Positions 18,210 through 28,400 of a DNA stretch of 64,000 bases are shown here, in pieces (within the stretch, counting starts at the first letter, position 1; each line of letters starts with the position of its first letter). The notes beneath the pieces were generated by a model. The model was not told where the DNA came from, ran no database searches, and saw only the letters and a program-made list of their open reading frames with translations. Both the position numbers and the translations under genes were made by a program. The stretch spans positions 411-64,410 of the forward strand of contig CAJOGN010000005.1 in NCBI GenBank assembly GCA_905234245.1, written 5' to 3'. This DNA comes from an uncultured Lachnospiraceae bacterium. GTDB taxonomy: Bacteria > Bacillota > Clostridia > Lachnospirales > Lachnospiraceae.

Positions 18210-19364
18210 TTATCGTCTGGTGTATTTCATTAGCTTAGGTATAATATCTTCTAGCACATCACACGCGTAGTCCACTTCTTCTATGGTATTGTAAATGCTA
18301 AAGCTAAATCGAACTGTCTTATCAAGCATTTCTTTAGGCACATTAATCGCCTGCAGGGTTTTACTAATAGCAGGCTTATTAGATGAGCATGCCGAACCAG
18401 CAGACACATAGATTTCCTTCTCTTCTAAGCTATGAAGCACAACCTCCGCCCTTACATCCTTGATGCTTACACTTACGATGTTAGGGGCGCTTTGCTCGTT
18501 AGTCAGACCATTGATGGTCGCGAAATCCATATCCTTAATTCTGTCTACAAAATGCTCTTTCAATATGCGAAGCTTCTTAACATTTTCCTCCATATCATCA
18601 CACATTAGAGATACAGCCACGCCAAGTCCGCACTGGGAATACACATTTTCAGTACCGGAGCGAAGTCCTCTCTCCTGGCCACCACCGTATATAATAGGCT
18701 TAATCTTAGTGCCCTGCTTAATATATAGAAATCCACTTCCCTTAGGGCCATGAATCTTGTGACCACTAACAGACAGAAGGTCAATACTCATCTTCTTCGG
18801 ATTAATAGCATACTTGCCGAAGGACTGAATTGCATCAACATGGAACAAGCAATTAGAGTTATGCTTCTTAATAATCCTGCCAATATCTTCAATTGGCTGA
18901 ACAGCACCAATCTCATTATTAACATGCATAATAGAGACAAGAATCGTGTCGTCTCTTATATTATCCTCTAACTCACTTATTGATACTGTCCCATTATTGT
19001 CACATGGCAAATATGTAATCTCATAATCTAATTCCTCAAGCATCTTTAATGGTGCATTAACAGATGCATGCTCGATAGAGGAAGTGATGATGTGCCTGCC
19101 TGCACGTTTGTTAGCCATGGCTGAACCAATCAACGCCATATTGTTAGACTCTGTACCGCCAGATGTGAATATAATCTCCTTCTCATCTGCCTTGAGAGAC
19201 TTGGCAATAATGCTTCTGGCTTCACTTAGCATCTTCTCTGAATCAAAACCTACGTTATGAAGAGATGAAGGGTTGCCGTAATGCTCGTTCATTACTTCAT
19301 TCATCTTCTCTATAACCGAAGGTGCACATTTAGTTGTTGCTGAATTATCAAAATAACATAACAT
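18210..19364 (-). CDS. Cysteine desulfurase (NifS/IscS family), partner of ThiI
   Basis: PLP-Lys motif SGHKIHGPKG, active-site loop SAGSACSS and YFDNSATT at the N-terminus. Confidence 0.92.
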   Translation of the reverse strand: MLCYFDNSATTKCAPSVIEKMNEVMNEHYGNPSSLHNVGFDSEKMLSEARSIIAKSLKADEKEIIFTSGGTESNNMALIGSAMANKRAGRHIITSSIEHASVNAPLKMLEELDYEITYLPCDNNGTVSISELEDNIRDDTILVSIMHVNNEIGAVQPIEDIGRIIKKHNSNCLFHVDAIQSFGKYAINPKKMSIDLLSVSGHKIHGPKGSGFLYIKQGTKIKPIIYGGGQERGLRSGTENVYSQCGLGVAVSLMCDDMEENVKKLRILKEHFVDRIKDMDFATINGLTNEQSAPNIVSVSIKDVRAEVVLHSLEEKEIYVSAGSACSSNKPAISKTLQAINVPKEMLDKTVRFSFSIYNTIEEVDYACDVLEDIIPKLMKYTRR

Positions 19365-19380
19365 AATCTAGTCCTATTCT

Positions 19381-19448
19381 GTCAATAAGTGACAAATACC
19401 TGCCCGCTCATACAGAAAATCGCTTGGCAGGTTTTGTCACTTATTGGC
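19381..19448. repeat. Conserved-loop hairpin, copy C (apex 19408..19421)
   Basis: GTCAATAAGTGACAAATACCTGCC pairs with GGCAGGTTTTGTCACTTATTGGC. These stems flank CGCTCATACAGAAAATCGCTT. The right arm overlaps the last codons of rsmE. Confidence 0.75.
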
Positions 19449-20184
19449 CTGTAATCTGTTCTATATCCAACATCACCATAGCCACAGTTGTTATGGCTGC
19501 TGTATCAGTTCTTAGTATACGCTTTCCTAAGGATATGATTTCACTTTCCTTGAGTGCTTCAATCTCTTCAGGTGCAAAGCCACCTTCTGGTCCTATGAAT
19601 ATTGCCACCTCTTTATAATCCGATAGTTTCTTAAGAGCATTTACAGTAGCTTCCATACCATTCTTATTCTCATAAGGAACCAGCCGCAAAATATCAGGCG
19701 AAGTCGACTCCTTAACAGCCTCATCAAAGGTCATGAAATCATAGATAAATGGAATACACGAACGCTTTGACTGCATTGCTGCAGCCTCTGCAATCCTCTC
19801 ATACCTGTCAACCTTCTTTGCCTTCTTCTTATCATCAAGCTTAACGACGCAGCGCTTCATTTCAACAGGAATTATGGATGAGACACCAAGCTCAGTACAT
19901 TTCTCAATTATTGTCTCCATCCGATCCCCTTTAGGCACGGCCTGATACAGACTAATCTTGCAAGGAAGCTCTGTTGTCAGTAAATCATCAATCACCTTAA
20001 GTGTAAGCTCATCATTATCAACACTTGTCACCTCACACAAATAGCTTTCCTCTGCGCTGGTACTAACTCTTATCTTCTCGCCTTTCTTGATTCTACAGGC
20101 CTTAACAAGATGATTAGCATCACTGCCATTAACCTTAATCATATTATCTTCTATCTGGTTATTATCAATAAATATCTGTTGCAT
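19441..20184 (-). CDS. rsmE: 16S rRNA (uracil1498-N3)-methyltransferase RsmE
   Basis: 247 aa. Has a PUA-like N-terminus (HL.K..R...G) and a SPOUT C-terminus (IGPEGGF...E......G....SLG.RILR.ETA). Confidence 0.9.
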   Translation of the reverse strand: MQQIFIDNNQIEDNMIKVNGSDANHLVKACRIKKGEKIRVSTSAEESYLCEVTSVDNDELTLKVIDDLLTTELPCKISLYQAVPKGDRMETIIEKCTELGVSSIIPVEMKRCVVKLDDKKKAKKVDRYERIAEAAAMQSKRSCIPFIYDFMTFDEAVKESTSPDILRLVPYENKNGMEATVNALKKLSDYKEVAIFIGPEGGFAPEEIEALKESEIISLGKRILRTDTAAITTVAMVMLDIEQITGQ

Positions 20185-20186
20185 AA

Positions 20187-21134
20187 CTATTCCTTAACCG
20201 CTGTAATATTAACCCATTCTCCAAGATGGTTAGTCTCAGTCACCTTAAATCCTGCTTCCACAAGTGCATCCTTAACAGCATTCTCCTTAAAGTCAATGAT
20301 TCCAGATGTAATGACCATCCCGCCCTTTTTGAGTGCATTGTACATAGCCTCTGACATATCGATTAGAATATCAGCTAAGATATTAGCAACAATAATATCG
20401 TAACACTCGTATCCAACCATTTTCTGAAGTGTCTTATCACTGGCAAGGTCACCTATGTAAAATGTTGCTTTCTTAGTGTCAAGATTATTGACCTTGAAAT
20501 TAGAACAGGCTGCATCAACACAGTTAGGATCAATGTCAGTTCCTGATATATGACCAGCGCCATATAACAAAGCAACCATTGAGAGAATTCCACTTCCAAA
20601 GCCTAAGTCTAATACATTATCACCTTTTTTCAGATGCTTCTGTATTCCCTCAATACATAGCTTTGTAGTCTCATGGGCCCCTGTTCCAAATGTTGTACCA
20701 GGGTCAATTGATATACATTTATCTACTCCCACAGGCGTATCTATCTGTTCCCATGTTGGTTTTATAAGTAAGTCTCCCACCTCAAAAGCATGGAAGTATT
20801 CTTTCCATTTGTTAAGATAGTCTTCATCTTCTAAGACTTCTTCCTTAATAGTACCTTCTCCAATATCAGAATAGCTACCTATATCTTCTATAACCGACTT
20901 CACCTTATTAATAAGATTATCATCTTTTGTTTCCAAGTAGAATATAATCTTGCAAAGCCCGTCATCTATCGGCATATCAGGTAATATCTCCTCATAGTCC
21001 TTGCCCTGTATCTCATCATGAACTGGAAGGTTATCTTCTATCTCTAAGGCCGTCAATCCAAGATTAGTAAGTTCATAACATATATCTTCACAAGCAGAAG
21101 TTGTCGTTTTTATCGTATATTTTACATATTTCAT
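20187..21134 (-). CDS. prmA: Ribosomal protein L11 methyltransferase PrmA
   Basis: I.IDPG..FGTG.H.TT..C and VLDLGFGSGIL motifs. The start is trimmed to MKYVKYTIKTT (21134). Confidence 0.9.
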   Translation of the reverse strand: MKYVKYTIKTTTSACEDICYELTNLGLTALEIEDNLPVHDEIQGKDYEEILPDMPIDDGLCKIIFYLETKDDNLINKVKSVIEDIGSYSDIGEGTIKEEVLEDEDYLNKWKEYFHAFEVGDLLIKPTWEQIDTPVGVDKCISIDPGTTFGTGAHETTKLCIEGIQKHLKKGDNVLDLGFGSGILSMVALLYGAGHISGTDIDPNCVDAACSNFKVNNLDTKKATFYIGDLASDKTLQKMVGYECYDIIVANILADILIDMSEAMYNALKKGGMVITSGIIDFKENAVKDALVEAGFKVTETNHLGEWVNITAVKE

Positions 21135-21324
21135 TTTACATCCCTTTTTAATTATAAATCTACCCAATACATAAAACCATTCCACATACAATCTGCATTA
21201 TTATAACATATAATTTGCGTTATATCTTTTTCATTTTGAAATATATTATATATTAACTTGACAACAGTATTATTACACATTATACTCATTTTATAAGGAA
21301 GCGGTTTTCTACCGAAGGTAGCTT

Positions 21325-21810
21325 TTACGAGTAATCCGTCGGTTTACACGCTTCTTTTTTTATATTTATAATATCGTGAAGAAATATCCCTTTATCATTA
21401 ATTCTTGCAACAGCTGTTGCGTTATAATAGTTCTTCCGATTAGCATTCTCTACATTATCATATACTTGTACTACAAAATAAACATCATATCTATACCAAC
21501 CCCTTATTGCATTTTTAGAATGCTTCTTATCCTTATTCTCAACCCATCTCCTGTTAGAAGCTGAAGACAATAATTCAGGTATAACTTGAACAATATTGGC
21601 CTTAGTTTTTGCCAAACCTCCTCTAAGCCTCTTCGTATAGTTTGAACTCGTATACTCGTCTGCAAACAATGCATTAATTATAATATAATCCCCATACTCC
21701 TTATTGTAAATTGCTAAGCCATCATATTTTCGTAGATATTTTTCGACATCATTCCACGCAATATTCTGTTTCCCTCTAAAAATAATCTTATTTACTTCTA
21801 TATATTCCAT
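21325..21810 (-). CDS. Hypothetical protein (161 aa), an orphan gene in an AT-rich spacer
   Basis: ORF flanked by >100 bp of non-coding AT-rich DNA on both sides. I cannot confirm any family. The ..KHSKNAIRGWYRYDVYF.. segment vaguely recalls stand-alone toxin/nuclease-like domains of polyvalent proteins. Confidence 0.5.
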   Translation of the reverse strand: MEYIEVNKIIFRGKQNIAWNDVEKYLRKYDGLAIYNKEYGDYIIINALFADEYTSSNYTKRLRGGLAKTKANIVQVIPELLSSASNRRWVENKDKKHSKNAIRGWYRYDVYFVVQVYDNVENANRKNYYNATAVARINDKGIFLHDIINIKKEACKPTDYS

Positions 21811-22115
21811 AAATACTCCCCGTAAAACATATTAATAATTATTGGATTGCGCAAGAATTATGTTGATTCGACATTTGAATTTGACAAATAGAAATATAGA
21901 TAACAAAACGTCTTAATGCGCATTTTTATGCGTAATTCTTGCCAAGAATTGTAGGTATATGGTATCACTATACCAATAATTATTCAATATAAAAATGAAG
22001 GATATCATAAGCCTTATCTTTATCTCTAAACTCGCCCTAAAAATGTGTAGAAAATGTGTCTAAAATATCATATAATTATGATTATAATATTAACAGTTCG
22101 AAAGGAGAAAAAAAT

Positions 22116-23404
22116 ATGGGATTAATTAAAGCTGCTATGGGCGCTGCAGGCGGAACTTTGGCAGATCAGTGGAAGGAATTCTTCTATTGTGATGCAATGG
22201 ACAAAGAAGTAATGGTTGTCAAAGGTCAAAAGAGAACTTCTGGCGAAATGACAATATTATTTCTAATGGTTCGGGAATTGCTGTAGCTGACGGTCAATGT
22301 ATGATTATCGTTGAGCAGGGTAAGGTTGTTGAAATCTGTGCTGAGCCTGGTGAATTCACATTTGACTCATCTACAGAGCCTACAATATTCTCAGGAGACC
22401 TTGGCGATAGCATTATTGCCACCTTCCAGGAAATGGGTAAGCGATTCACTTATGGTGGAGACCCCGGCAAAGACCAGAGAATCTATTACTTCAACACCAA
22501 GGAATTAATGGACAACAAATTCGGAACTCCTAACCCGATTCCTTTCAGGGTACTTGATTCTAAAGTCAATCTTGACCTTGACACATCTGTAAGATGTTCC
22601 GGCGTATATTCATACAGAATAGTTGATCCTATTCGTTTCTATACTAATGTATGTGGAAATGTATCTGAAGAATACAGACGTGAAGAGATTGAATCTCAAC
22701 TTAAGACAGAGTTCATCGATGCACTTCAACCAGCATTCGGTGCGCTATCTAACTTAGAGATTAGACCTAATCAGATTGTCTCTCACAACAAGGAATTAAA
22801 GGATGCAGTTAATGAGGCATTAAAGGACGATTGGCTTGAGAAGCGTGGTCTTGAGATTATCAGTATTGCTATTGGTTCTGTATCACTTCCTGATGAAGAT
22901 GCAGAATACATCAAGCAGGCTCAACGTTCTCGTGCATTCTCAGATCCGGGTATGGGCGCAGGTCTAGGTGCTATTGCCGGTGCTGATGCTATGAAGGCAG
23001 CTGCTTCTAATGAAGGTGGTGCCATGAATGGATTTGTTGGAATGGGAATGGCAATGAATGCTAATCAGATGAATACTGCTAATACAGCTAATCTGTATGC
23101 TATGAATCAGCAAAATCAGCAGATGCAACAGCAACAACAGATGCAACAACAAGCTGCTCCTGCTGGAAATGCCTGGACATGTCAATGTGGCACACAGGTT
23201 ACTGGCAACTTCTGCCCTAACTGTGGTTCTAAGAAGCCTGAGCCTCAAGGCGCATGGACTTGTCAATGTGGCACACAGGTTACTGGCAACTTCTGTCCTA
23301 ACTGTGGCTCTAAGAAGCCTGAAGCTTCTACTTCCTGGACTTGCCAATGTGGCACATCCAACACTGGTAAATTCTGTAGCAACTGTGGTTCTCCACGACC
23401 ATAG
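22116..23404 (+). CDS. SPFH-domain protein of the YdjI family (COG4260-like) with a poly-Q linker and three C-terminal zinc ribbons. The frame is interrupted by a 1-nt frameshift near 22246..22248.
   Basis: Frame 1 (22116..22286) reads MGLIKAAMGAAGGTLADQWKEFFYCDAMDKEVMVVKGQKRTSGE. The next frame, open from 22193, continues NDNIISNGSGIAVADGQCMIIVEQGKVVEICAEPGEF... One extra A in GCGAAATG would join the two frames. The C-terminus carries 3x WTCQCGT.VTG.FC.NCGS. Confidence 0.8.
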
Positions 23405-23428
23405 TATTTTACATGAAAGGAGAATAAT

Positions 23429-24514
23429 ATGGCTGATTTAAATGAATATAAATGTCCCAATTGCGGTGGTGCATTAAATTTCGATTCAGGCATTCAGAAG
23501 ATGAAATGTCCGTTTTGTGATTGCGAATTCGAAATGGATGACCTTAAGGCTCTTGATGAAGAGCTTAAAAGTGTAAATGCTGATGATGAATTCAAATGGG
23601 ACGGTGCACAGGGTGAAAAATGGTCTGAAGAAGAGACACAGAACATGAAGGTCTATGTATGTCAGTCCTGCGGTGGTGAAATTGTAGGTGATGAGACTAC
23701 AGGTGCAACCAGCTGCCCATACTGCGATAACCCTGTTGTTATCAAGGGCTCATTTTCTGGCGATCTGAAGCCTGATTATATTATTCCATTCAAGCTTGAT
23801 AAAAAGGCTGCAAAGGAAGGGCTCAATAAACATTTACAGAAGAAATTCTTCCTTCCTAAGGTATTCAAAGACCAGAATCATATTGATGAAGTAAAAGGTA
23901 TCTATGTCCCATTCTGGTTATTCGATACTGATGTAGATGGTCAGGTCAATTACAAGGCTACTACTGTTCGTCATTGGTCTGATAGTAATTATAATTATAC
24001 AGAGACAAGCTATTATAGCGTATATCGTGCTGGTAAGCTTGGCTTCGACAGAATCCCTGTTGATGGTTCAACTCAAATGCCTGATGATTTGATGGAATCA
24101 ATTGAGCCTTTCGACTTCGAAGGTGGTGCCAAGGAATTCCAGACAGCATATATGGCTGGATACTTAGCTGACAGATATGATGTTGATGATAAGCAAAGTA
24201 TCAATAGAGCTAATGAACGCGTGAAGGTTTCCACAGAGGAAACATTTAGACAAACTGTAACAGGCTATACTACAGTTGATGTTGAAAATAGTAATATCAG
24301 AACTATTGATGGCAAGACAAGTTATGCAATGTATCCAGTATGGATTCTTAATACTACATACAATAACGAGCATTATCTATTCGCCATGAATGGTCAGACA
24401 GGCAAATTTGTCGGCAACCTGCCAACTAACTGGGGCAAATTCTGGGGCACACTTTGTGGTCTTAGTGTAGGTCTGTCTGCAATTATATTATTGCTACAAT
24501 ATCTATTCTATTAA
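23429..24514 (+). CDS. Zinc-ribbon protein with a C-terminal TM anchor (YdjG-like position)
   Basis: YKCPNCGG..(17)..CPFCDC and CQSCGG..(13)..CPYCDN double zinc ribbons. Hydrophobic C-terminus LCGLSVGLSAIILLLQYLFY. Starts 25 nt after the SPFH gene. Confidence 0.65.
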   Translation: MADLNEYKCPNCGGALNFDSGIQKMKCPFCDCEFEMDDLKALDEELKSVNADDEFKWDGAQGEKWSEEETQNMKVYVCQSCGGEIVGDETTGATSCPYCDNPVVIKGSFSGDLKPDYIIPFKLDKKAAKEGLNKHLQKKFFLPKVFKDQNHIDEVKGIYVPFWLFDTDVDGQVNYKATTVRHWSDSNYNYTETSYYSVYRAGKLGFDRIPVDGSTQMPDDLMESIEPFDFEGGAKEFQTAYMAGYLADRYDVDDKQSINRANERVKVSTEETFRQTVTGYTTVDVENSNIRTIDGKTSYAMYPVWILNTTYNNEHYLFAMNGQTGKFVGNLPTNWGKFWGTLCGLSVGLSAIILLLQYLFY

Positions 24515-24530
24515 GGAGGTGTATATTAAG

Positions 24531-25367
24531 ATGAGAAAATCAATTAGAAAATCAATCATACTTGCTATGGTCGCATTACTCACATTGACATTTTCAATTC
24601 CAGTATGCGCCGCAGAAACAGCTAATAACGCTCCAGCTACAACAGCAAATACAACAAGTGGCTCTGTTCTTCTAGATGACAAAGCAGAACTACTTAAAGG
24701 GAATGAACCTCAGCAGATATTAGAGGAATTAGAGGTTGATTCTTCTAAGAGTGACTGTAATATTGCCGTAGCAACGACCAACCAGGGCTTAAATGCAACA
24801 GATATAGTTACTTATTCAAACAATTATTATTCTAATGTTGTACAAGGCAAAACCCAAACTAGTTTTTGCATACTTCTAACAGTAGATATTCAATCACGAA
24901 ATGTTGATGTAAGAACATATAACCCTGGCAGCAAAAGAAACTTGAACACAGATGCTTCAAAACAATTAAGAGAAGACATTACTAGTGATTTGTCAAAAGG
25001 TAATTATGCTAAAGCATTCTCAAAATTCGGCAAAGAAGCTTCTGACATGGCAGTAAGCATTAATGAAGATGGTACCCCAAATAAAGCAGCATTTCCATGG
25101 GGCAAAAGGATATTGATATCACTTGTAATTGGTATTATCTTATCAGTACTTATATGTGTAATAATCAGATCTCAGCTTAAGAGTGTTGCTATGAAATCCA
25201 ATGCGGCTGATTATGTAAGGGAAGGTTCTCTTAACATCACATCACAAAGCGACAGATTCTTATATAGCCACGTTAGTAAAACAGCTAAGCCAAAGAATAA
25301 TTCCTCTAGTAGCGGCGGAGGATATGGAGGCGGAAGCTCAGGAAGCGGTAGCACCGGAAGCTTCTAA
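24531..25367 (+). CDS. TPM-domain membrane protein (YdjH/YgcG-like) with a Gly/Ser-rich tail
   Basis: Signal peptide, then a TPM-like segment (LLDDKAELL...CNIAVATTN), a TM helix and the C-terminus SSSSGGGYGGGSSGSGSTGSF. AGGAGG lies 11 nt before ATG 24531. Confidence 0.7.
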   Translation: MRKSIRKSIILAMVALLTLTFSIPVCAAETANNAPATTANTTSGSVLLDDKAELLKGNEPQQILEELEVDSSKSDCNIAVATTNQGLNATDIVTYSNNYYSNVVQGKTQTSFCILLTVDIQSRNVDVRTYNPGSKRNLNTDASKQLREDITSDLSKGNYAKAFSKFGKEASDMAVSINEDGTPNKAAFPWGKRILISLVIGIILSVLICVIIRSQLKSVAMKSNAADYVREGSLNITSQSDRFLYSHVSKTAKPKNNSSSSGGGYGGGSSGSGSTGSF

Positions 25368-25462
25368 TTACAATTTAAGGCATATTATAAAAGGTGGTAC
25401 ATATCACATGATATGCACCACCTTATTTTTGATTAAAACTATCGATTATAAATACTCCATTA

Positions 25463-28400
25463 TTACTCAACTTCTATCTTGCAGCATGCTCCTTCGAATA
25501 ACCACCCAATAGACACTAAATAGAATGCTTCGCCTTCATTTATTGTCCATAAATGCTCTGCAGCTGGACTATATGGATTATATAGTCTATATACAGGAAT
25601 CCCTTCTGTAGACTCCATCTTATATACATAATGTGATATTCCCTCGTAATTCCAGCCAATTGAACTTAGATATTTTGCTTCGCCAGCATTTTCTGTATAG
25701 AAGTGAAAACCTCCGCCATATGGATTATATAATCTATATACAGGAACTGCATATTCCTGCGAGGCGTCAACTACATATGTGTCAGAATCACTTTCATGTC
25801 TCCATCCATGCATTTCAAGATATATTACTTCGCCTACATCCCTAGTATATAGGTGTTCACCTCTTATAGGGTCATATACACGGTATAAGTCACCCGCAAG
25901 AATTCTATGTAATGGTATTTCAACATTTTCCCCTAGCACAGAATCTTTAACAAGAGCTATGTCTTTTACAGGGTCAACGGAGATTACATTACCAGACTCC
26001 TTAACAATCAGAGAAGATTCTCCAACATAAGTTGGCTTCACATCATTGTATTTATTATCACCTACTACCTTGTACCATACATAATATTCCCCTGGCTCAG
26101 TAGCTTTAGGTACTGATGTGCTCCATTCTGTTGGTTCGTTGTCTTCAGTCCCTAGCCCATAATACAATGTGCCACCATCTGTATTACCTGTATTGGACAA
26201 TTCCATTGGTTCACCTGTATAAGTTATTCTCTCATTAGCATCTGGTGGTGTTACTGTAGGGTTGATTTTACTAACCTTAACATCACATTTAGCTGAGAAT
26301 TTATCATCAGATGTCTTAACTGTAATTACAGCATTTCCTTCACCAACACCCGTCACTACTCCCATGCTACTTACTGTAGCTACAGAATTATTGCTGCTGG
26401 TATATACAACATCTTTACTAGAAGCATCCTCAGGTGTAATGGTAACCTTAAGTATCACACTATCTCCTACCGTCATTTCTGTCGATGTTGGTGATACACT
26501 AATACCCGTTACACCTATAGGCATCGCCTTACCATAACTAACGCATAACTCCTGACAATGTGGCATTGTAATTATACTCGCATTGCCAGCAAATGTAGCT
26601 ATACTATTGATATTGTACTCTGTGTTAAATGGTCCATTATGTGTAAAGAGCAATTCCATCAGCAGCTCTCTAATCTCTGTCACATGACTATTCATTGACT
26701 CGAACTTGCCATGAAGCATCTTCTTAAATTCTTCATTGTACAAGCCCTCTGTATCAATCTTCTTAGCTAAGTCAGCATCAATCTGGCTAAAGGCTCTCTT
26801 GAATTCTCCATCAGCTGCATCTTCTAATCTGTCATAATACTGAGTTCCCCCTGTCTCAGGAGTATACTTTTTCATAAGATAAAGAATAGCTGTAACAAAG
26901 CCTTCAAACTGGCCATCTCCCTTGTCAATTGCTTTATTAATCTTATCCATATCAGAACTCAGAAAGCTCATCATGCTTGTAAGAGTATACAGGAATTGTC
27001 TTGCACCTTCTGGCGTTCTATTTGATTCAGTACTGTATGCCGCAGACGTTGGAACAGCACCCTTAGCGCAAGCTTTTAAGAACTCAATTACTATCTTTCC
27101 AAGAGGAATCTTACTAACATCAAATCCATTTTCGGCAGAGCCTGGATAGAATGAGCCTAATACATTCTTGGCAATACCTGCATATGAACTTGGAACTGCC
27201 TTGTCAATATACTTCTCAAGTTCCTGTATCCCTTTATCCTGCTCGTTATCATAGACGAAATTACCAATAGTCTCAACAAACTCATCAACTGTATAAGAAT
27301 CCATATCAATTGATTCTCCAGTTGTGTATTCAATAATCTGCTCTATTGCAATAGCCGCTGCATCATCTTCACCAAATGCCACACCTTCTTCAACTAGCTT
27401 CTCTGATGCATAAGCAAGATAACTAAATAACATAGGCTGCGTCATCTTAGATGCAAATCCATCATAATTATTAAGCAAATCCTGGGCCATAGAATACATA
27501 CCCATCATAGCAGCAAAGGCTTCCTGATATCCTTCACTTACAAATTTCGTAGTTGTCGAGAAATTGTGCAGCCCTATATTTATCTTCTCATTGATAAAAC
27601 TAACAAGACCATTTTCTCCACTTTTTCCGCCTTCTTTATCCTTAATATCCAACGCAGCTAAATCAAATACTTTTTCGTGAAAATATGATGGTGCTTTTTT
27701 CGCATATTCATTATACGCATACGTATCTAGTTCTTTTAATTTCACTATCATCTGCTCTTCTGTAGCACCTTCATAAGTATATACCTTACCATAATAGGTA
27801 TATCCCCATTGGTCCAAAGGCAGATATGTTACATAATCATACTTAAAAGGATAGTTATGTATTCCACTATAAACAGAATCTGCAGGATTAACATTTCCCT
27901 GAGAAGAACTTGTATATGCCTGACCTGGTGTATCATATTGATATGCGCCACCACGAGCTGCTGAGACGCTTAATGTTCTGCTCTTAGTTGCACCACTGGT
28001 AATAGTTCTTGGTGTTGCAAATGTGTAACAATATATGTTAGTTGGTTCAACAGTAACATTTCCGCCAAAATATTCTGCACCACCGTCTGCAAAGAAGCCT
28101 CCTAATGTATTAGATACGGCTCCACCTCTACTAAATCCTGCAATCCACACCTTGAGATTACCATCTATCTTATTCTTGCTTAGGTATTGCTTCGTAAATC
28201 TTAATACCTCATCACGAGCCTCAAAAAAGCCTTGATGAACAGCCCCCGTACCAATATTGGTATTGCCTGACCACTCTTGTCTGTATCCACCACTTCGAGG
28301 AATAATGGCTAGCAAAGTATACTTCTTGCCATTTTCTTCAATCACTCTGTTACCTAAGGCAACACCCATTGAATTATCAAGCATTTCATGATGATACCAC

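Noticed and set aside
21298-21356. Possible sixth, diverged member of the conserved-loop hairpin family (AAGCGGTTTTCTACC versus AAGCGATTTTCTCC/GT)
   Set aside because: Similarity covers only ~12 nt, the rest of the core differs and the stem geometry is different. This is insufficient to include it in the family.
21955-21975. GTATATGGTAT...CTATACCA matching the extreme ends of the 37228..37452 inverted repeat, as possible evidence for an empty site or a related element
   Set aside because: The shared strings are 8-11 nt in AT-rich DNA, so they could be chance. It is mentioned in a finding but is not treated as evidence of mobility.
22246-22248. Programmed ribosomal frameshift or phase variation in the SPFH gene
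   Set aside because: The run is only three As. There is no slippery heptamer (X XXY YYZ) or downstream stimulatory structure. A second gene in the window shows the same kind of one-A loss. Sequencing error or a recent mutation is the more economical explanation.
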